DNA of 61,259 nt, taken from a virus (taxonomy: Duplodnaviria > Caudoviricetes). Made by a program: the position numbers and the translations under genes. Each line of letters begins with the position of its first letter. The first letter of the stretch is position 1. The notes beneath the pieces are model-generated. The model searched no databases. It saw nothing but the letters and a program-made list of their open reading frames with translations, and was not told the DNA's origin. The stretch spans positions 1-61,259 of the IMG/VR virus record IMGVR_UViG_3300042292_000556, one strand, 5' to 3'. Shown here in pieces: positions 56,524-61,259 of the stretch.

Positions 56524-57578
56524 TATATTGCGTTTATATAGGTGTTATAATCAGCTACAAATGCTGCGTTTTCAGAAATCATAGAAGCACCCATACCATA
56601 CATAGAAACTGTATGAAGTCCTTGAGCACTACCTGCTCTAAGTATAATTTGATTTTGAGTTGCTCTTGTAGACGAAACAGCCACTCTGCTAGCGCTTACT
56701 GTGCCATTAAAAAGTTGTACATCAGTAGCACTTGTTCTATGAATAGATTTCATCCCTCTAGTAGTGTTATATTGAAAATTTGAATCTACATTAAGAGTAC
56801 CTTGATTTATTTGCTGAACGTTAGAACTTGTTATCCTTATTGAATTACCATTCGATAATAATAAACCATCTATTGGATTAGTACCTGACGCGGTATACAT
56901 ATACACATATCGACTCGCATTATTTAGTGAGTATTGAGTACCATTACTTCCTGAAAAATTAGTATTTATAAAAGAACCTGCACTACCTGTAAAACCTACG
57001 TTTGAAGTAAAAGCAGGGGCATTTTCTAATGTAGCTAAATTAGCACTAGGATTTTTCCAATTTAAAGTTCCAAAACTTGCACTACCATTATTAGCAAAGT
57101 TATAAAACACATCTAATTTGTCCCAAACCCCATCGGCTTTCATACTCATTAATAAAGTATTCTGTAACTTTTGTTGTGCTAAAGTTGGTAAAGTGTAACT
57201 TAATGCAGTACCTCTGTTTAAAACAGCTTGATAATCTGCATCAAATAAGAATATACTATTACTACTGCTTACATAGGCACTTGTACCATCTGCATCAGTT
57301 GCAGCAACTCTACAAGTAATATCAAAAGCTACATCCGCTAAAGCTAAAACATAAGTACTATTAGTAGCGCTTGTAATCGGAGTGGCACCTCTATACCATT
57401 GGTATAAATATCCTGTTATTCCAGTATCGCTAGTCCAAGTACCTGTTGTAGAAGTCAATGTTTGACCTATAGTAGCAGTACCACTAATAGTAGGCGCAAC
57501 AGTATTTACAGGTACGTTACCGTCGGATCTGCTTCCTGCAGCGGGCCAACCTATTCCTATACCTATTCCCCAACCCAT
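56523..57578 (-). CDS. Putative head/tail fibre with Ig-like N-terminal domain
   Basis: PVNTVAPTISG...GQTLT...GTW...YQWYRG...TYVL...ITC.V Ig-like module. Confidence 0.65.
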   Translation of the reverse strand: MGWGIGIGIGWPAAGSRSDGNVPVNTVAPTISGTATIGQTLTSTTGTWTSDTGITGYLYQWYRGATPITSATNSTYVLALADVAFDITCRVAATDADGTSAYVSSSNSIFLFDADYQAVLNRGTALSYTLPTLAQQKLQNTLLMSMKADGVWDKLDVFYNFANNGSASFGTLNWKNPSANLATLENAPAFTSNVGFTGSAGSFINTNFSGSNGTQYSLNNASRYVYMYTASGTNPIDGLLLSNGNSIRITSSNVQQINQGTLNVDSNFQYNTTRGMKSIHRTSATDVQLFNGTVSASRVAVSSTRATQNQIILRAGSAQGLHTVSMYGMGASMISENAAFVADYNTYINAI

Positions 57579-57874
57579 TAGTAAAGTGCTACTATGTCAG
57601 TACAAGTTGTAGAAATAGTATCACCATCATTGAGCCATACATTTCCAACTATAACTGGAAAGAAAGTACCATCTGGTATTTTTTTAAATACAGTTGTATT
57701 GGGAGCTGGATTGCCCTCGCTATTTCCACCTATTACATTACATACTAATGTACCACCAGTTCCAATATATAATGCAGCCGAACCTAAATTCTCTCCACCG
57801 CTATTTCCATCCCCTGTTGGTTGTATTTCTTTTGCTCTTGTTCCAAAATCTGGTTGATTTCCGTATTGTCCCAT
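57578..57874 (-). CDS. Putative head-spike base protein
   Basis: ALYIGTGG.L...F..IP.GTF.PV.V..V pattern. Confidence 0.55.
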   Translation of the reverse strand: MGQYGNQPDFGTRAKEIQPTGDGNSGGENLGSAALYIGTGGTLVCNVIGGNSEGNPAPNTTVFKKIPDGTFFPVIVGNVWLNDGDTISTTCTDIVALY

Positions 57875-57896
57875 AATTTATTTTTTTTATTAGTTA

Positions 57897-58547
57897 TTAA
57901 TATACTCTTGTGAGTGTAAAGTTTCTTGATGATATTGAATTACCTGCATTTGTTGTATTCCATTGCATAGTTATATCAAGTGTGTTATCTATTGTTGTAT
58001 CAAAAGTAGTTGAGTTAATGTTACTTAACACATAACCTTCAAAGTTAGTTCCAGAATTTTTAATATATGAAAATAATCCTCCAGAAGAAATAGAAGCTAC
58101 ACCAACTCCACCTAAAGTTCTTACTGTAAATTCTAAATCTAAATTCCAATTTTTATTAGTTGCTGCGTCCATCGCTATTATACCTGTGTCAGCAAGTATT
58201 GCGCCTGATGAGGTTTTAACGTGAACATGAAGTGTTGCACTACCAACACAAGAAATTATACCATCTAATTTTGCTACAAAACTATTTCCAACAATAAATG
58301 AATTTGCTGGAACAGTTAACGTACCAACTCCAGGACCTATTATTGTTGTTTCAACTGTCGTAGCAGTTACAGGACCTCCATTAGCGGTTTGAGCAAATAA
58401 ACCAGGTAATGCTAGAGTTACAGTATCTGTTATATCTTGCATAGTATACCACTCATTCATAGCTTGTAATGCGGCACTTCCTCCATAGGTAGTATTGGTG
58501 TTTTGCGTTACCATGAATACTTTATCTGTTGCTGGTATTATTGACAT
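57897..58547 (-). CDS. Putative structural/fibre protein (likely start MSII)
   Basis: Paralog of 54664-55332. Confidence 0.6.
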   Translation of the reverse strand: MSIIPATDKVFMVTQNTNTTYGGSAALQAMNEWYTMQDITDTVTLALPGLFAQTANGGPVTATTVETTIIGPGVGTLTVPANSFIVGNSFVAKLDGIISCVGSATLHVHVKTSSGAILADTGIIAMDAATNKNWNLDLEFTVRTLGGVGVASISSGGLFSYIKNSGTNFEGYVLSNINSTTFDTTIDNTLDITMQWNTTNAGNSISSRNFTLTRVY

Positions 58548-58548
58548 A

Positions 58549-58794
58549 TTATTTTGTTTTATATTTTTTACCACTTTCGGTCTTGGTACCTAAACCATCG
58601 TTACCTCTATTCTGCGCAGGTGATTCCCATCTTTGATTCTTATGATCCCAATCTTTTCCTTTCGCTCCATTTGGATCTGCTCTTCTTCTTCTCTGCGCAT
58701 CCGCTTTCTTTGCTCTTCGATCCGGGGTTTTTGCATAAGCCAAATCTCTAGCTGCTTTTTTCTTCGCCGCCTCGGCGCTTAATCTTTGTGCCAT
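58549..58794 (-). CDS. Small basic protein with minimal HNH-like motif (likely start MAQRL)
   Basis: KGKDWDHKN....S..QNRG. Confidence 0.55.
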   Translation of the reverse strand: MAQRLSAEAAKKKAARDLAYAKTPDRRAKKADAQRRRRADPNGAKGKDWDHKNQRWESPAQNRGNDGLGTKTESGKKYKTK

Positions 58795-58821
58795 ATAAAT
58801 AGATTTTAGTATACCTGTATC

Positions 58822-58828
58822 ATTACGT
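58822..58828 (-). promoter_or_regulatory. Candidate late promoter core ACGTAAT at the head of the late arm
   Basis: 27 nt before ATG 58794. Confidence 0.55.
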
Positions 58829-58854
58829 ATAAATACCAAAACATACATTGTAAT

Positions 58855-58907
58855 ATAATGCGACAATAGCCTACTACTATATAATATACCAGCTAATGTC
58901 ACACTTT
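58855..58907. promoter_or_regulatory. Bipartite inverted-repeat element, copy B
   Basis: ATAATGCGACAATAG-N23-CTAATGTCACACTTT. Confidence 0.7.
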
Positions 58908-59260
58908 GTGTGTGTAAAAAATGTTGTTAGATATATAGAGACACGGGAATTAAATATGTTATTAGATATACTGAAGTAAGGGGTTACATACTCATTTCAA
59001 TATTAATATTTGAAAAAGAAAATGAATCTGATTTACACCACCCCCCGGTCTTTTATAAGTTTTATTGAAAAAGTTTTGCCTTTTGCTTTGAAGTTTCGTA
59101 GATGTTTGGGATATTGCTGTAGATATACAGACAGTGTTGTATGATGTGCTGATGTGGTCAGTGTATGTACGTTGTATGATGATGATATAACATGACGACG
59201 ATATGAGCAATAGCAATAGCAGTAGCATAGCGGCGAGCGCAGCGAGCAACGCGTATAGCA

Positions 59261-59302
59261 TACAGACTGGACACGAAGGACAATTGATAATATAAGTGTA
59301 AG
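59261..59302 (+). promoter_or_regulatory. Early phage promoter-like motif (first of the early arm)
   Basis: TACAGACTGGACACGA-N8-TGATAAT-N5-TGTAAG. Confidence 0.8.
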
Positions 59303-59329
59303 TAAAATATTAAATGTGAGAGTATGACT

Positions 59330-59370
59330 TACAAAACAAATACGACGAATAAATGATAATATAAATGAAT
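59330..59370 (+). promoter_or_regulatory. Early phage promoter-like motif
   Basis: TACAAAACAAATACGA-N8-TGATAAT-N5-TGAAT. Confidence 0.85.
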
Positions 59371-59405
59371 AAAGAAATTAATATAAACAATTAAATAAAT
59401 AAATT

Positions 59406-59525
59406 ATGGAATTAGAATTAAAGGAAATTTGGTTAGTAAAAGAATTAATCTATAAAAGAATAGATGAAGTAAATGGTTATGAAAACTTGGAAGAGGAATT
59501 AAAAGAATTATTAAATAAATTATAA
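59406..59525 (+). CDS. Small early hypothetical protein (39 aa)
   Basis: Manual ORF MELELKEIWLVKELIYKRIDE... Confidence 0.55.
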   Translation: MELELKEIWLVKELIYKRIDEVNGYENLEEELKELLNKL

Positions 59526-59531
59526 TCTTAA

Positions 59532-59573
59532 TACAAAACGAATACGACGACTAATTGATAATATAAGTGTAAC
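59532..59573 (+). promoter_or_regulatory. Early phage promoter-like motif
   Basis: TACAAAACGAATACGA-N8-TGATAAT-N5-TGTAAC. Confidence 0.85.
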
Positions 59574-59590
59574 AAATAAAATATATAACT

Positions 59591-59770
59591 ATGATAATCA
59601 AAATTCAAAAAAACTTTAAAAAACAAATCTTTAGTGAATTATCTAATTCAAATAAGTTAGAATATCCATATAGAATTGTAGGGTCAAATTTATTAATAAA
59701 TAATAATGACTTTGAATATGTTGAAAAAGTCTTTAATAGACTATGTTTAAGATTTAAAATAATATCTTAA
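59591..59770 (+). CDS. Small early hypothetical protein (59 aa)
   Basis: Manual ORF MIIKIQKNFKKQIFSELS... Confidence 0.6.
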   Translation: MIIKIQKNFKKQIFSELSNSNKLEYPYRIVGSNLLINNNDFEYVEKVFNRLCLRFKIIS

Positions 59771-59812
59771 TACAAAACGAATACGACGTTGAAATGATAA
59801 TAATAATGTAAC
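59771..59812 (+). promoter_or_regulatory. Early phage promoter-like motif
   Basis: TACAAAACGAATACGA-N8-TGATAAT-N5-TGTAAC directly after a stop codon. Confidence 0.85.
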
Positions 59813-59830
59813 CAATTAAATAAAATATAT

Positions 59831-60190
59831 ATGAAAACTAAAGTAACAAAAATCGAAGAAGTAGTTGTAACAACTAAAACAAACAAAGAATTATTACAAG
59901 AGGCCATCGCTAAACTAACACCTGAAGAATTGGCTCTAATCTATCCGCCAATCGAACGAGCGAACTTTGTAGTCAGAAAATCTTGGTACGGTCGTAATCA
60001 AACGATAACATTCATCAACAACAAAAATCAACGAGTAACTTACAAACACGACGAAGTACTTGATGTAATGTTGCCAAGACTATCAATCATGCCATGCTGG
60101 ATTAAACGTGAGTACTGGTCACAATCAACTGATATGCCAAGTAATGTCAGACATCTAGCGACTGTAGAGCAATTAGTAGCGCCTGAATAA
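59831..60190 (+). CDS. Early hypothetical protein
   Basis: 119-aa ORF after promoter. Confidence 0.8.
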   Translation: MKTKVTKIEEVVVTTKTNKELLQEAIAKLTPEELALIYPPIERANFVVRKSWYGRNQTITFINNKNQRVTYKHDEVLDVMLPRLSIMPCWIKREYWSQSTDMPSNVRHLATVEQLVAPE

Positions 60191-60202
60191 GGCGTTGCTA
60201 TA

Positions 60203-60244
60203 CACAGAACGAATACGACGTACAATTGATAATATAAATGTAAC
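60203..60244 (+). promoter_or_regulatory. Early phage promoter-like motif
   Basis: CACAGAACGAATACGA-N8-TGATAAT-N5-TGTAAC. Confidence 0.85.
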
Positions 60245-60258
60245 TAAAAATAAATAAA

Positions 60259-60402
60259 ATGGATGAATTAATAGACAAATACGGAATTAATATAATTATG
60301 TTTACTATAAAAGTGGACAACTTATCTCCTAGCGAGATTATGGACTTTGATTATTTAGAAGATAGAATACTAACACACTTAGAAGAATATGAGAACCAAT
60401 AA
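60259..60402 (+). CDS. Small early hypothetical protein (47 aa)
   Basis: Manual ORF MDELIDKYGINIIMF... Confidence 0.6.
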   Translation: MDELIDKYGINIIMFTIKVDNLSPSEIMDFDYLEDRILTHLEEYENQ

Positions 60403-60485
60403 CAAACACAAGTACATCGCTCGGGTAGCTCGGGCAAGTACAACACTAGACGCATTTATTACTAACAAATTAAAACCTAAAAAAG

Positions 60486-60725
60486 ATGAAAACTCAACAA
60501 CAACAACAAGAAGATAAAATAATTGGTATACTTGCATTATGCGGAGCATTAATAAGTATTGTAGCCTTAAGTATCATGGCTGACTTAGATGCGTACGAAG
60601 CAGAGCAAGACGGTCCAAAACCTGTGTTCATCTGGAATGATGACATCGAATCTGTACCGAATCAAGGTTACATTAAGATCGACACGATAGTAAACGATAC
60701 AATATACCTGTCACCAGACGAATAA
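60486..60725 (+). CDS. Early membrane-anchored protein
   Basis: 79 aa, one TM helix. Confidence 0.7.
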   Translation: MKTQQQQQEDKIIGILALCGALISIVALSIMADLDAYEAEQDGPKPVFIWNDDIESVPNQGYIKIDTIVNDTIYLSPDE

Positions 60726-60747
60726 CACCCGATTAGGGTGTATAGCA

Positions 60748-60785
60748 CGCAGAGTGAACACGGTTCTTTTTTGATAATACCTATG
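60748..60785 (+). promoter_or_regulatory. Degenerate early promoter-like motif
   Basis: CGCAGAGTGAACACGG-N8-TGATAAT-N5-TG. Confidence 0.6.
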
Positions 60786-60872
60786 GCCTGGCTTTGAAAT
60801 AGTGTCGGAAGAGTAGACTCCGCACTACACGGGATTTTTTTATCGATCTTTAGGCACCGAACCGCCAAAGTT
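60785..60872 (+). ncRNA. Putative small structured RNA
   Basis: Follows the promoter motif with no ORF; GGCTTTG/CAAAGTT encloses three hairpins. Confidence 0.4.
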
Positions 60873-60881
60873 GAGTAAAAA

Positions 60882-60935
60882 AAAGTGTGACGTTAGCCTC
60901 TTATTATATTACTTAAGACCCTAATGTCGCACTTT
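60882..60935. promoter_or_regulatory. Bipartite inverted-repeat element, copy C
   Basis: AAAGTGTGACGTTAG-N24-CTAATGTCGCACTTT. Confidence 0.7.
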
Positions 60936-60983
60936 TGGGTTTTTGGGTCGCCAAGGTACTTTTTAACCTCATACTTTACCTAA

Positions 60984-61259
60984 TGTGTATAGCATACAGA
61001 ACGAACACGAGACCATTTTGATAATATATGTGTAACGAAACAACAACAATATGAGAACAATAGAAAAATTAGACAAAATAGCGAATGAGTTATTTCAAGT
61101 AAATTATGTAGAACTAAGTAAAACTAATGAAACTGAGGTGTTTGCTCACTTTTTAGCGAAATATGCCGTCGAAGTTCAACCCAAATCACGTAGTTATACA
61201 AGATATTTGGAAATCAAAGGCTAGTAAAATAAGTACTTGAGGAGCCTTGAGAGGAGTGA
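60984..61259. repeat. Terminal direct repeat, right copy (contains promoter 60995-61036 and ORF 61051-61224)
   Basis: 273/276 identical to 1-276. Confidence 0.97.

Noticed and set aside
17184-58794. Stop-codon reassignment as in some crAss-like phages
   Set aside because: Long genes are intact in the standard code and no suppressor tRNA is seen
58992-59261. 89-aa minus-strand ORF with poly-Leu
   Set aside because: Product of AGC/GAT micro-repeats in the non-coding divergence zone
60412-60441. Small GC hairpin GTAC..GCTCG/CGGGC..GTAC
   Set aside because: Single short hairpin without a U-tract or a second copy; not enough to assign a function
60882-60935. TGTGA/TCACA arms as CRP sites or recombinase att sites
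   Set aside because: Spacing is far larger than the CRP N6, core length varies from 23 to 25 nt, and no integrase or invertase was recognised
59261-61036. Early repeats as a CRISPR array
   Set aside because: Intervals range from about 70 to 1700 nt and contain ORFs, repeats have a variable 8-nt interior, and there are no cas genes
60984-61259. Repeat pair as a diversity-generating retroelement TR/VR
   Set aside because: No reverse transcriptase, and mismatches are not adenine-specific

Overview
The window looks like one complete, AT-rich lytic phage genome of about 60,983 bp. Bases 1-276 recur at 60984-61259 with 3 substitutions. The host is probably Bacteroidota (Flavobacteriales-like): leaders are A-rich and lack SD sequences, and the portal, capsid, terminase and tail module is crAss/Cellulophaga-podovirus-like. 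The + arm (59.3 kb, through the junction, to 17.0 kb) carries many small early genes. It then carries an HTH protein, a sigma-70-family factor, ERF recombinase, exonuclease, SSB, primase-helicase, ThyA, MazG, resolvase and class II RNR. The - arm (58.8 to 17.2 kb) carries structural, lysis, GroEL/GroES, packaging, tail and ejection genes. I recognised no DNA polymerase, RNA polymerase or integrase. The most striking observation is a candidate transcription-takeover system. Thirteen distinct copies of a non-host promoter-like motif (TACARAACRAAYACGA-N8-TGATAAT-N5-TG) sit in the early region. The 2826-aa putative ejection protein contains a HExxH zincin, a sigma-70 region-2-like segment and a PD-(D/E)xK nuclease-like segment, separated by repeated (F/Y/L)S(K/Q)S linkers. 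This suggests a virion-injected, self-processing polyprotein that delivers its own sigma factor. A second motif (ACGTAAT) marks probable middle/late promoters for the separately encoded sigma. There are also three bipartite inverted-repeat elements and several structured or tRNA-like RNAs. All family assignments are by-eye motif recognition; no searches were run.
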